A stretch of 64,000 bases of DNA, taken from a virus. A program made the translations under genes and the position numbers. The notes under the pieces are model-generated. The model was not told the origin of the DNA and made no database searches. It saw only the letters and a program-made list of their open reading frames with translations. Location: IMG/VR virus record IMGVR_UViG_3300030061_003198; one strand, written 5' to 3'. Each line of letters begins with the position of its first letter. Positions within the stretch are counted from its first letter, which is position 1. Positions 45,517 through 55,283 of this stretch are shown piece by piece.

Positions 45517-47535
45517 TTATCTAGAATACTTTAATGTACCTAATATTTGATTTATAGGTGCGAATGCGCCTGTTAACTTATATGTTTCGCCTCCATATGT
45601 AAATACAATGCCTTCTAGCGGCACAATTTTTTCAAATCCGCCTAGTCTTTTTATTCGATCTAATTCAAGCTTTAATTTATCTAATGTTGCAATATTATTT
45701 GATGATTTCACATCTCGTAGCACTGCTGCCAAATTCTTTCTAATATCCTGAACTGATTTAGCTGGGTTTGCTGCTAAAAAGTTAGAAGCATTTTTTAGCA
45801 CTTCTGCGCCTAGTTTTAAAAATATAGATTCAAATGGTTCCATATTTTGTTTTTGATATTTTTTAAAGTCTTTTTTGTCAAATGAAATTACCCATTCTAA
45901 GAATTCTTCATTATCGATCATTTTTTTAATTTTTGTAATAGATGTACTTTTGTTATAAAATGCCCATCTATTTACTAATAATTCTAAAACGTCTTCTGGA
46001 ATGTTATAATTATCTTTTAAGGCTTTTGATTTTATAACTTCTCTCCACCATGCAATATGATACTCGGTTACTTTGTCAGTATCTTTTAATTTGTATCTAT
46101 TTTTTAATTGATCTAATTCTTTAAACAATGCATCTTGATAATCTTGAAAATTTTCAACAGGGCCTAATTTTATTTTTTGCGGAGGAATTAAATTAAAAGT
46201 ATTTTGCATATGTGCATTTGCATCTTCGATAGCTTTTTGTACAACATTACCTCCTGACATATCTGTTTCCACAACGTTGCCATTTTCATCATATTCAACT
46301 AAATTATGAAATTGAAGTAATGCTTTTTCATATGCTATAACATTTTTCGTTGCTGGATATATAATTTCCATGTTAGCAAATATTTTTCCATTTTGGAATA
46401 TACTATTTAATTTATCTTGGCCGACCTTGGAAAATGCAGCTGCTAAATCATTTCCAGCTTCTCCAAATGAGTCTGACAATGCTCCTCTTCCTGCAAATTT
46501 TGTTTGGAGTTCTTTAACCGTTAATGGATTAATACGTTCTTTAACTCCTCTAGCAAATTTTACTTGGCCATCTTTAACAGTCATAAAAATATTTTGGCCA
46601 TCAGTTTTTTCAGTTACTGCAGATTCGATATCTAATCTACCTTCTAATGCTCGAGCGATCATTTCTTTCATATCCGCAAATGATAAATCATGTCTATCAT
46701 ATGGATGATTCATATGACCAGCTAATCCGCCTTCATTTAAATATTTTGTTCCAAATACCGTTTTTGGATATTTGTCAAAGTCATATGTAAACCCTCGATC
46801 ATTTTTTTTATCTAAAAACGTACGTAGTTTTTTAATTTTTTTAGAATGGGCGTCTGATCCTTTTGGTGTCATATAGCCATCTTCAAATAATTCATTAGCA
46901 TCATTTGTTAATTCTTGCAACAACCATTCTTTCATGCCCATTACATCGCCATATGTTTCTGCTCCGCCTAGCATTTGCCAAATATTTTTAATAATAGCTT
47001 CATCATAATTTGGATAACTTGCTTTAAATTTACTATATGCGTCTGCATTTAATGCTGCTCTTACTGCAGAAGCAGATATTGCATTACCGTCATCATATTT
47101 TAATGGATCTGCAGAAACTGTTAATTCTATAGCATCAACTCCAGCCGGAATTTTTCTTCCAGATCTATCTCCAATAGTTTTATATTTATCTATATTTGGT
47201 ATAAAGGTTTTAACACGAACATAGTCATCATCTTTTTCAGATGCAGCTAATGCAAATCTACCTTGCGTATCTTCTGGTAAATTAAAAAGATATTCATATG
47301 CGGCCATTATTGGAGAATTAAAATCAGTAGATTGTATTTCAATATTATTATTTCTATTTAATAGATTAAACATTTTAATACTTTTATCTCTAGTTATCCC
47401 ATCTCTTTCTTTTGGACCTATTAACATGATAACTCGATCAACATTAGGGTTTTGTGCATATCGTTGTGCAAGAGCCATATGAGCTCCTGTTATTGGCTTA
47501 AAGCCTCCTGGGAATAATACTGTTACGTTCTTCAT
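45517..47535 (-). CDS. Fusion of a HIGH-family (cytidylyltransferase-like) nucleotidyltransferase and a ligase-like KxDG nucleotidyltransferase
   Basis: N-part FPGGFKPITGAH...ISASAVR; C-part GHMNHPYD, EKTDGQN, NMEIIY, EGIVF, YKLTG. Confidence 0.7.
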   Translation of the reverse strand: MKNVTVLFPGGFKPITGAHMALAQRYAQNPNVDRVIMLIGPKERDGITRDKSIKMFNLLNRNNNIEIQSTDFNSPIMAAYEYLFNLPEDTQGRFALAASEKDDDYVRVKTFIPNIDKYKTIGDRSGRKIPAGVDAIELTVSADPLKYDDGNAISASAVRAALNADAYSKFKASYPNYDEAIIKNIWQMLGGAETYGDVMGMKEWLLQELTNDANELFEDGYMTPKGSDAHSKKIKKLRTFLDKKNDRGFTYDFDKYPKTVFGTKYLNEGGLAGHMNHPYDRHDLSFADMKEMIARALEGRLDIESAVTEKTDGQNIFMTVKDGQVKFARGVKERINPLTVKELQTKFAGRGALSDSFGEAGNDLAAAFSKVGQDKLNSIFQNGKIFANMEIIYPATKNVIAYEKALLQFHNLVEYDENGNVVETDMSGGNVVQKAIEDANAHMQNTFNLIPPQKIKLGPVENFQDYQDALFKELDQLKNRYKLKDTDKVTEYHIAWWREVIKSKALKDNYNIPEDVLELLVNRWAFYNKSTSITKIKKMIDNEEFLEWVISFDKKDFKKYQKQNMEPFESIFLKLGAEVLKNASNFLAANPAKSVQDIRKNLAAVLRDVKSSNNIATLDKLKLELDRIKRLGGFEKIVPLEGIVFTYGGETYKLTGAFAPINQILGTLKYSR

Positions 47536-47539
47536 TTTA

Positions 47540-47547
47540 TATAAATA
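47540..47547 (-). promoter_or_regulatory. Putative late promoter TATTTATA (leaderless)
   Basis: TATTTATA-TAAA-ATG. Confidence 0.65.
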
Positions 47548-47569
47548 TTACTTTAAATTATTATCATGA

Positions 47570-50530
47570 TTAAAATAAGTTTTGCCAACCTGAGCCATTA
47601 TAACATTGCAGTTTGATAGCATTTGTATTATAAACTATTAATCCTTCCGGTGGCGAGGATATTGCATCTCGTTGAGTCGATGTCATTCTTGGTGGTAAAA
47701 ATCCTTGACTAGTTGAATCAACTTGTAAAGCTGCTGCTGAGTTGATAACTCCTCCATAGCCGCCTCCTATATATATTCCACCATTAGAAGTTGCCAGGCC
47801 TCTGTCAAAATTAATTTTACCGTTTGTATCAGATCCCCAATCAAATGACGATATTCCGATTGGCCTATAATCACTAGTAGATTTTAAAAATTGTATACGA
47901 CATCCGCTCTGTAATTTCCAAAGTCCGCCTTGGTTATCATGATTGGTTGTGCCGTTTCCTATACTTCCTGCAGGGAGTCTTTTGCCATATGTATCTGAAC
48001 CAATTGTTCTTGTTTGGTATAATTGATAGTGCCAATCATCTTTATCAGCGCCGAATGCATCAGTAAACAAATTATTTGATTCAGCTGATTTTAATGCTAT
48101 ATATACTGTAGCTACTACTTCAAGTTGTATAGCATCTCCTTCATCAATTCCAACTTCATCAGGAGTTATAATCATACCAATTGGATAATCAGGCGCGGTG
48201 TTAATACGAACTTGAGTAGCTATTTCTCCTCCTTGAGATCCATCTAATAGTAATTTTGTAAAGTTTAATGTTTGAGGTGTTCCACTAGAATCATTGATCG
48301 TTGTAGTATAATTTTCATAATATAAAGCTTTATCTGCAGTGCCGTCAATTTTAATAATACGATACATTACTAGATCTGCAATTAAATATTCGTTCAATCT
48401 CATTCGATTTGCATTAACTGCCCCATCTTGTGATACAGAAAAATTACTAGCTGATATAGCTAAATTACCATTTGATCCACTTATAAATACTGAACCTGAT
48501 TTCCCTAGAAAAAATTTATCTGTTACTATTTCTAATTCACTTGGATCTGTACGAAATTTAAAATAACTTTCTGATGTAGCTACCATTTCTAATCCTACCC
48601 CAGTATATGGTGTAGCAGATTGTTCCGGTAATGCAGATCCAGAAAATAATAAAAATCCGCCTCCTCCATTTGATCCGGTTGCTTGATTAAATCCTTCATA
48701 TCCTAATGATCTTATAAATCCTGTATTTTTTAATCCGGAAATATCAATGCCAGATCTTAAATTGTCGGCTACATATAATGATCCAGTAAGCATTGAAAAT
48801 CCGCCATCTATATATCGATTTCCGCCTTGCCAATTCTTGTCATATATATAACTTACTGTTTTACTTCTATTTCCAACTATATTATAATATTCAACTTTAA
48901 ATGATAATTGATTATCACTTTTATGTTTTGTTGGTATTTCTGAACGTATTCTTGTGTAATTTGGACTATATCCAATTTCTGCATTTGTTAATGTTCTTAC
49001 ATCGGCTATTTGCCATGCTCCTGAATCTATTACGAATAATAATGAACCGTTACCAGTTTTATCAGCTTTAAATTCAAATTCAATATCATCATATCTTTGA
49101 TTGTCAGCTGTACATTCGATTTCTCCAATTTTTTTACCTAATTTGATAGGCAGATCTTGATTTAATATATCAGATGCGTTATAATTAAATGCAGATCCAG
49201 ATGCATAAATAAATAATTTTGGATTCTTATTATTACTAACTGTACTTCTTGTTGCTAGTGCATCTAACGTTACTTTATATTCAGACTGACTAATAAAATA
49301 ACCAGTATATTGATCTTTTACTTGTGTAACTAAAACATTGTTATTTGAAGTAATATCCGTTGAACTATCAATTAACATCCCATTATTAATCGAAGAAGTT
49401 GTCCATGTCAATGTAGGAGCAGTAGTTTCAGAATTACCTAAATATGTATGTCCTTCCCAATATGTGTCAATTACACTTTGAGTTGTGAATATTCCAATTG
49501 ATTCGTCTGGAGTTAATGATGCTGTGGAATCTACGAATATTTCCGTTCCCTCTAATGCTACATCATTAACTATTTCCCATGTGCCAACATTTCCTTTTGT
49601 ATTAGTATATACTTTAATTCTAGAAATATCACCAGCGCTTGGTTCTAATTTATCAATTTGTACTAATGCAAACGATTCAGAATGTTGAGTAGAAACATAT
49701 GTAGGGATTGATTCATATGAAGCTGTATACGTAGTAGCAGTAAATGCATTATAAGTATGTGATGATATGCTTTGATTGCTATTTACTGTGTATGGAGTTT
49801 CCAATTGTATTGCAGTATCACTTAATATTTTTCTTATCTTTGATGTATATGTTGTATTTGTTACATTATATGTTGGGGTCGGTTGTAATGATAATGGAGT
49901 CGGTATAGTTATGGTTCCGCCTAACATTTCACCTGTAAATTTGCCGCCTGTAATTTTTAGAACAGGATAATTTTGATTATATAAATATTCTACAGTACCG
50001 GTTGAATATGTTGGAAATTGTGTATTTGTATACGATCTATCTAGTTGTACTCCAATATTTTCTGAAACTGTTACATTTGGTTCATTAACAAATATAATTT
50101 CTGATTCATTTGGAGTAGTAGGATTTGTTGGTAATTGTCTAGACCATTTAACATTGATTTTATTACGCCATTCAGCTGGAACATTTATATTATTTATAGT
50201 AGAAATTTCGCCAATTAACGTTACAGTTGATGGTCCAGGCGGAGTGTCTTCATAAATATATATTGCAATTACTCTAGATTTATCTTCATCAATATAACTT
50301 AATATTTCGCTATATATAGCATTACCATTTGCGTCTAGTACTTCACATTCAATATTTGAACCAAGCTTTAAATTTGATGCATTTCCTTGTAATTTAAATA
50401 AATTTTTTCCTGCTGTTAATCGTAATGGAAATTCAGTTATTTTAAATACATCTTCAGATGTTAATGATGTGTCAGTAAAAAATGTTGGTATATATTGAAG
50501 TCCAGAATATATTGCTCGTAATTTTGACAT
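47570..50530 (-). CDS. Large baseplate/tail structural protein
   Basis: Beta-rich; C-terminal QGFLPPRMT..QRDAISSP.EGLIVYNT fibre motif; late motif upstream. Confidence 0.6.
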   Translation of the reverse strand: MSKLRAIYSGLQYIPTFFTDTSLTSEDVFKITEFPLRLTAGKNLFKLQGNASNLKLGSNIECEVLDANGNAIYSEILSYIDEDKSRVIAIYIYEDTPPGPSTVTLIGEISTINNINVPAEWRNKINVKWSRQLPTNPTTPNESEIIFVNEPNVTVSENIGVQLDRSYTNTQFPTYSTGTVEYLYNQNYPVLKITGGKFTGEMLGGTITIPTPLSLQPTPTYNVTNTTYTSKIRKILSDTAIQLETPYTVNSNQSISSHTYNAFTATTYTASYESIPTYVSTQHSESFALVQIDKLEPSAGDISRIKVYTNTKGNVGTWEIVNDVALEGTEIFVDSTASLTPDESIGIFTTQSVIDTYWEGHTYLGNSETTAPTLTWTTSSINNGMLIDSSTDITSNNNVLVTQVKDQYTGYFISQSEYKVTLDALATRSTVSNNKNPKLFIYASGSAFNYNASDILNQDLPIKLGKKIGEIECTADNQRYDDIEFEFKADKTGNGSLLFVIDSGAWQIADVRTLTNAEIGYSPNYTRIRSEIPTKHKSDNQLSFKVEYYNIVGNRSKTVSYIYDKNWQGGNRYIDGGFSMLTGSLYVADNLRSGIDISGLKNTGFIRSLGYEGFNQATGSNGGGGFLLFSGSALPEQSATPYTGVGLEMVATSESYFKFRTDPSELEIVTDKFFLGKSGSVFISGSNGNLAISASNFSVSQDGAVNANRMRLNEYLIADLVMYRIIKIDGTADKALYYENYTTTINDSSGTPQTLNFTKLLLDGSQGGEIATQVRINTAPDYPIGMIITPDEVGIDEGDAIQLEVVATVYIALKSAESNNLFTDAFGADKDDWHYQLYQTRTIGSDTYGKRLPAGSIGNGTTNHDNQGGLWKLQSGCRIQFLKSTSDYRPIGISSFDWGSDTNGKINFDRGLATSNGGIYIGGGYGGVINSAAALQVDSTSQGFLPPRMTSTQRDAISSPPEGLIVYNTNAIKLQCYNGSGWQNLF

Positions 50531-50546
50531 TGTACATTTTCTTTAA

Positions 50547-50554
50547 TATAAATA
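50547..50554 (-). promoter_or_regulatory. Putative late promoter TATTTATA
   Basis: Upstream of ATG 50530. Confidence 0.65.
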
Positions 50555-53500
50555 TTACGTGTGTACAATATGACTGAAATTATCAATTTTATTGACATCG
50601 ATTAAATTATCAACCATGTCACGCATTGATTCTACATGAGATATAATAATTGAAAAGTCAAATTTAGTTCTAAAATAATCAAATAGGTTTGTTACCGCAG
50701 ATATGTGTTCTTGATCTAAACTACCCCAGCCTTCATCGATAGCTATAAAATTAGGCCTTGGTAAAGCTGACACATTAATTAAAGCTACACGAATAGCTAA
50801 TGAAGAAATAAATCGCTCCATTCCAGATGTTAATTCTAACGGCCAATAATTATCTTCGTCATATATAATGTAACCATTAATATTTTTGCCGTCTGTATTT
50901 AATACCATATTAAAATCTACAACTTGATTTAAAACATTGTTGATTTCTGTTTCAATTTTTGGTAATGCTTTTTTAATTAATTCATATGGAACGCCATCTC
51001 TTTTTACAGATTTTAAATAATATTCATATGCTTTATATTCTGTTTCGAGTTGTTTATATGTGTCTAATTGTTCTAATGCTGTTTTCTTTTTAGTTTTAGC
51101 TACTTCAATTTCTCCATGATTTGATTTAATTGCATCTGTAATTGTTTTTAATGTGGATACAATATCTGATATTAATTTCTTTTTGTTTGATATTTTTTCA
51201 TCTATAGACTTATTATGTATAATTGCAGACTCATTTTTTCTAAATAATTCTTGTCTTTCTAAACATGTTTCTAATTCAGATTCTTTTGTTTGCATATCAC
51301 TTTCAAATATCTGTAATTGTAATTCTTGTTTATCTAATGTATTTCTAAGATCTTGTTTTTCTTGAATTTTATCTATTTCGTCTTGTATAATATTTAATTT
51401 CATTTTAGAAGATCTCAAAATTTGTTCTTCTTTTAATAAGTTTTTTTCTTCTATAGGAATTTGTTTTTCTGCTTCTTTAGCTTCTTGTACAAATATATTT
51501 GATACACAATATTTACATTCTGGATCATATTCATGATCTTTTAAATTATCTATTTTTTCTTGTAAATATATAAGCTCCGCTTGATGTCTATGTATCCATC
51601 TAGTAGATTCTCCTATAGACTTATTAATATTATCTTTTTTTATGTTACGAACATTTAAATCTGATTGAAAGTCATAGTCTGTGCCATATTTACATTGACT
51701 ATTTAATGTATCAATTGTAGATTCATGTTCTTCTATATTATTTTGTAATTCTTCTATAGCTTCTTCAAGATTTGTTTGAGTATCTTCTAAATCTTCAATA
51801 TTAGGTCCGTCATATGACATTGGTTGTTTTGATTCAATTAAATCAACTATACCATTCTGTAAGTTATTTCTAGAATCTTGTAATTCATTGTCATTTTTTT
51901 CTAATTCAATTATTGTATCTTGATTTGCAATAATAATATCATCTGATTCTTTTATTATAGATCCAAAGTCTGTTTTCTTATATTCTTTTAATTTACCTGC
52001 AGTTTCTTTTATTTCCTCTGAAGCTAGATTATAAAGTTGTTCAAAAACTGTAGTGTCTAGAAATTGTGATAGTAAATCTTTTCTTTCTCTCTGAGACTTT
52101 TCTATAAAATTATTATTATCAGCTTGTAATGAAAATGCAGTTAAAATAAAATCATCATATGTTCCTAGATATCTTCGTATACTTTTATTTGTATCACTAC
52201 GTTCTTCTCCGTTTAAATTTTCATCTTCATTATAAAAATTAACATTTACTTTAACATGGCCATGTTTTAATGTTATACCTTCACGTTCAATTGTATATAA
52301 TTTATTATTTAATTTAAATTTAAAAATGCCTTTAAATGTAGATTTTTTATTATTTAAAACTTCTTTTGATTTACTAGTTTTACTACATTTATCGAATATT
52401 GTATATATTATAGAATCTAATAATGATGATTTACCAGATGCATTTGCAGCAAATAATCCTATGACATCAGATAATTTAGAGAAATCTACTTTATTTCTTT
52501 CCCCATATGAAAACATGTTATCAAACTCAAAAGACACTGGGTACCATGTTACATTTCTAACTGAATCTAATATAGGTAACTTTGAGTTAATAGTTCTATT
52601 AATATGTCGTATAGCGTCTAATTCTTTTTTATCTGCGTCAGGATGATTTTCTTCAATAAATTGTGTTATTAAATTATTTTGATATTCTACATCTCTAACA
52701 TTACCAATTGATATTGATCCATTTTGATTACTCTCAATATGATTAGCAGTTCGTTGTATAGATATATCTTGTACTTTATATTTTTTTCGAATTGTTGCAA
52801 TTAATTTTTTAATATCTGATGCATCAGTATCAGCAAATTTAATTCTAACTCTAGGTTTATTTGGTACACGGTGTGGGGATTTTATAATTTTTGCGTTTTC
52901 TACTTCAAAAGTAACATATCCATATTCATTTGGAATTTCAACAAATTCTGCGGACTTATCTGGTAGATCCCATATTAATATGCCATGATCAAGTGCTTCT
53001 CCATGGTTTTGTTGAATTAATGATCCAGGATATCCAATTGTTTTTTCTTCGTTTAAGAATTGTGCAGGTTTGTGTATATCGCCTAGTAATGTTAAATCAT
53101 GTCCTTGAAATAATTCGGTAGTAACATTTTCATTTGAAATTTGAAACCCTATATCAGTTTTAGCACTATGTACAGCTCCATGATGTAATGCTATTTTATA
53201 ATGTCCTTCAAAATCTTTTGCTTTAATATAATCTTTTGGAGCAACGTCAACTGCCATATGATTAAATATAATATTGGAAAAACTAAATAAGCCATTATCT
53301 TTTATAAAATGAATATTATCATTATTAATAACGTCCAATATTGGAGATATTGCGTCTAATCTATACAAATTATTTAAATTCATATCATGATTACCTAATA
53401 TAACAATTGTAGGTATTTGAAATCCATTAAAGAATTTTGTTAACATGTTAATTAATTCTGGTGACATATCTAGTTTAGAGTGTACTATATCGCCTGTTAA

Positions 53501-53665
53501 TACACAAATACTTTGGTCCGTTGCATGTTGAGCTATATGTAAAAATAAATTGTCAAATACTTCTTGATATTCTTTGTGTCGTTTCAATGTACGAATATGT
53601 ATATCAGATATATGAAATATCTTATCAACAGCTGTAATATTAGTTTTTATTGTTTTTATTTCCAT
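50555..53665 (-). CDS. Fused SbcD/Mre11 nuclease and SbcC/Rad50 ATPase (gp47-gp46-like)
   Basis: SDIH, GDIVH, GNHD and GDIH phosphoesterase motifs; NASGKSS Walker A, CKYC hook, TSGMER signature, IDEGWGSLD, ISH. Confidence 0.9.
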   Translation of the reverse strand: MEIKTIKTNITAVDKIFHISDIHIRTLKRHKEYQEVFDNLFLHIAQHATDQSICVLTGDIVHSKLDMSPELINMLTKFFNGFQIPTIVILGNHDMNLNNLYRLDAISPILDVINNDNIHFIKDNGLFSFSNIIFNHMAVDVAPKDYIKAKDFEGHYKIALHHGAVHSAKTDIGFQISNENVTTELFQGHDLTLLGDIHKPAQFLNEEKTIGYPGSLIQQNHGEALDHGILIWDLPDKSAEFVEIPNEYGYVTFEVENAKIIKSPHRVPNKPRVRIKFADTDASDIKKLIATIRKKYKVQDISIQRTANHIESNQNGSISIGNVRDVEYQNNLITQFIEENHPDADKKELDAIRHINRTINSKLPILDSVRNVTWYPVSFEFDNMFSYGERNKVDFSKLSDVIGLFAANASGKSSLLDSIIYTIFDKCSKTSKSKEVLNNKKSTFKGIFKFKLNNKLYTIEREGITLKHGHVKVNVNFYNEDENLNGEERSDTNKSIRRYLGTYDDFILTAFSLQADNNNFIEKSQRERKDLLSQFLDTTVFEQLYNLASEEIKETAGKLKEYKKTDFGSIIKESDDIIIANQDTIIELEKNDNELQDSRNNLQNGIVDLIESKQPMSYDGPNIEDLEDTQTNLEEAIEELQNNIEEHESTIDTLNSQCKYGTDYDFQSDLNVRNIKKDNINKSIGESTRWIHRHQAELIYLQEKIDNLKDHEYDPECKYCVSNIFVQEAKEAEKQIPIEEKNLLKEEQILRSSKMKLNIIQDEIDKIQEKQDLRNTLDKQELQLQIFESDMQTKESELETCLERQELFRKNESAIIHNKSIDEKISNKKKLISDIVSTLKTITDAIKSNHGEIEVAKTKKKTALEQLDTYKQLETEYKAYEYYLKSVKRDGVPYELIKKALPKIETEINNVLNQVVDFNMVLNTDGKNINGYIIYDEDNYWPLELTSGMERFISSLAIRVALINVSALPRPNFIAIDEGWGSLDQEHISAVTNLFDYFRTKFDFSIIISHVESMRDMVDNLIDVNKIDNFSHIVHT

Positions 53666-54603
53666 AATGAATTTATTTCCATTTGCATCAATTCTTCAAA
53701 AGAAAATTGATATGTGTCTTGAATTTTTTCAGTAATTTTTTCATATCCTAATTCGTTAGGATCATGATCATCTAATTTAACTAAATGTACTTTTATACCT
53801 TCGGTCAGAAATGTATGAGCTATATGCTTTGCATTTTTTATTGCATCTTGATCTAAACATATATAGATTTCTTTTACTCCCTCTTCGATAATTTTTATTC
53901 GAAGATTAGGATTAATCATTTTACCAAATAATGGTATTGCATTTCTTTTAATTGTAATAGCATCAAAAGCGCCTTCACATAATATAATAGGTTCATTCCA
54001 ATTAATTAACATATCAAATCCTATAATATCTTTTGATACTTTTGGATTCTTGTGTTTATATGAATCATGTTCATAAAATGCTCTTGATACAAAATAATTT
54101 AATTGTCCTTCGCAGTCATAACTTGGAATAATTATTTTTCCAGAATATGGACCATTCTCAGCATATCCTATTCTGTATCGAATTATATCAAATATTGATA
54201 TTCCACGACCTTTTAAATAATGCATTGCATTTCGATAATCAGGGGATGTTCTTTTTAGCCATAACGGCCTATAATCTTCTGGTAATTGTATTACCTCTTC
54301 AATTTGATTTTTATCTTGAGAGTTATTTCTATACTTAGATCTTTCAATTATTTTACTTAGTTTATCAAATTTATCTTGAGATAATTTTAATTGCTTAAAT
54401 AAAGAATGTATAGATCTGCCTTTTTTATTGGATATCCAACAGTGCCATGGATTCTGGCCTTCGCTGTCAGTATTAATATCAATTTCTAATTTAGGTTTAT
54501 AATGTGAAGTAAACGGGGAGAAAAATGCTATATTATCGCCTGATGTTGGTTTACCTTTACCTAATGTAGATTCTAGTAATTGAAGTAACTTAAGATTCTT
54601 CAT
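53656..54603 (-). CDS. DNA primase (DnaG/TOPRIM type)
   Basis: YLKGRGI, IIIPSYD, LCEGAFDA, CLDQDA, DPNE. Confidence 0.85.
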   Translation of the reverse strand: MKNLKLLQLLESTLGKGKPTSGDNIAFFSPFTSHYKPKLEIDINTDSEGQNPWHCWISNKKGRSIHSLFKQLKLSQDKFDKLSKIIERSKYRNNSQDKNQIEEVIQLPEDYRPLWLKRTSPDYRNAMHYLKGRGISIFDIIRYRIGYAENGPYSGKIIIPSYDCEGQLNYFVSRAFYEHDSYKHKNPKVSKDIIGFDMLINWNEPIILCEGAFDAITIKRNAIPLFGKMINPNLRIKIIEEGVKEIYICLDQDAIKNAKHIAHTFLTEGIKVHLVKLDDHDPNELGYEKITEKIQDTYQFSFEELMQMEINSLWK

Positions 54604-54609
54604 ATATAT

Positions 54610-54638
54610 ATTATAAGTAAATTTAGTTAGAAATCAAA
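54610..54638 (-). promoter_or_regulatory. Sigma70-like promoter TTTGAT-N17-TATAAT
   Basis: 6 nt upstream of the primase ATG. Confidence 0.55.
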
Positions 54639-54639
54639 A

Positions 54640-54752
54640 GTATAGGCTTTATATTATACTGGTTAGACACATTCATTACATTAAATAGTCTAACGAATCA
54701 TCATTTAATAATAATAAATTATATTAAAAGATTTCATCTTTATATTAAATAC
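54640..54752 (-). ncRNA. Candidate structured small RNA or origin-like element upstream of primase
   Basis: Several nested inverted repeats, with a promoter-like motif at 54759-54787. Confidence 0.35.
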
Positions 54753-54758
54753 ATTAAG

Positions 54759-54787
54759 AAAATAATGATTATTTTTCAATTATCCAA
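54759..54787 (-). promoter_or_regulatory. Sigma70-like promoter TTGGAT-N17-TATTTT
   Basis: Points into the structured intergenic region. Confidence 0.45.
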
Positions 54788-54790
54788 CCA

Positions 54791-55270
54791 TTAACCAAAA
54801 AACTTGATTACATTTGGCTTTTCGTCGACTTTGCAACATTCGGCCAACCATTCCGGCGGCATATCTTTCTTAGCAACATATTTAATGCCAATTTTCAAAG
54901 CATAAGCTTCATATGTTGTTTTAGATCCTTTTGATATTTTTTGATTGGGGTTTTGAAATATTATTCTTAAATCTATATCAGGATTAGAAGCTAATATATT
55001 TTTCATTTTTTGTCGATCAGTACTAGTCCATCTGCCTTTAGTTTCGATATACATGGTATTGCCATCTTTTTTTGTGAAAATAAAATCCGGTGTATATTTT
55101 GAATTTTTTTGTGGCACTACATATTGTAATGTCTCCGTTTCATAATTTACAGGATATTTTGCTTCTTTTATTTGATCTGCTACTTTTAATTCTAATCCAG
55201 ATCTATAACCGTATTTATATGCCGCTTGGCGTTGTTTACTACCGGCGGTATGCCAATGATTTTTTTTCAT
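54791..55270 (-). CDS. T7 endonuclease I-like Holliday junction resolvase
   Basis: GYRSGLE, YE...Y, YTPDF, IETKGRW...DRQK, DLRIIF. Confidence 0.85.
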   Translation of the reverse strand: MKKNHWHTAGSKQRQAAYKYGYRSGLELKVADQIKEAKYPVNYETETLQYVVPQKNSKYTPDFIFTKKDGNTMYIETKGRWTSTDRQKMKNILASNPDIDLRIIFQNPNQKISKGSKTTYEAYALKIGIKYVAKKDMPPEWLAECCKVDEKPNVIKFFG

Positions 55271-55283
55271 AACTTTTTTCTTT

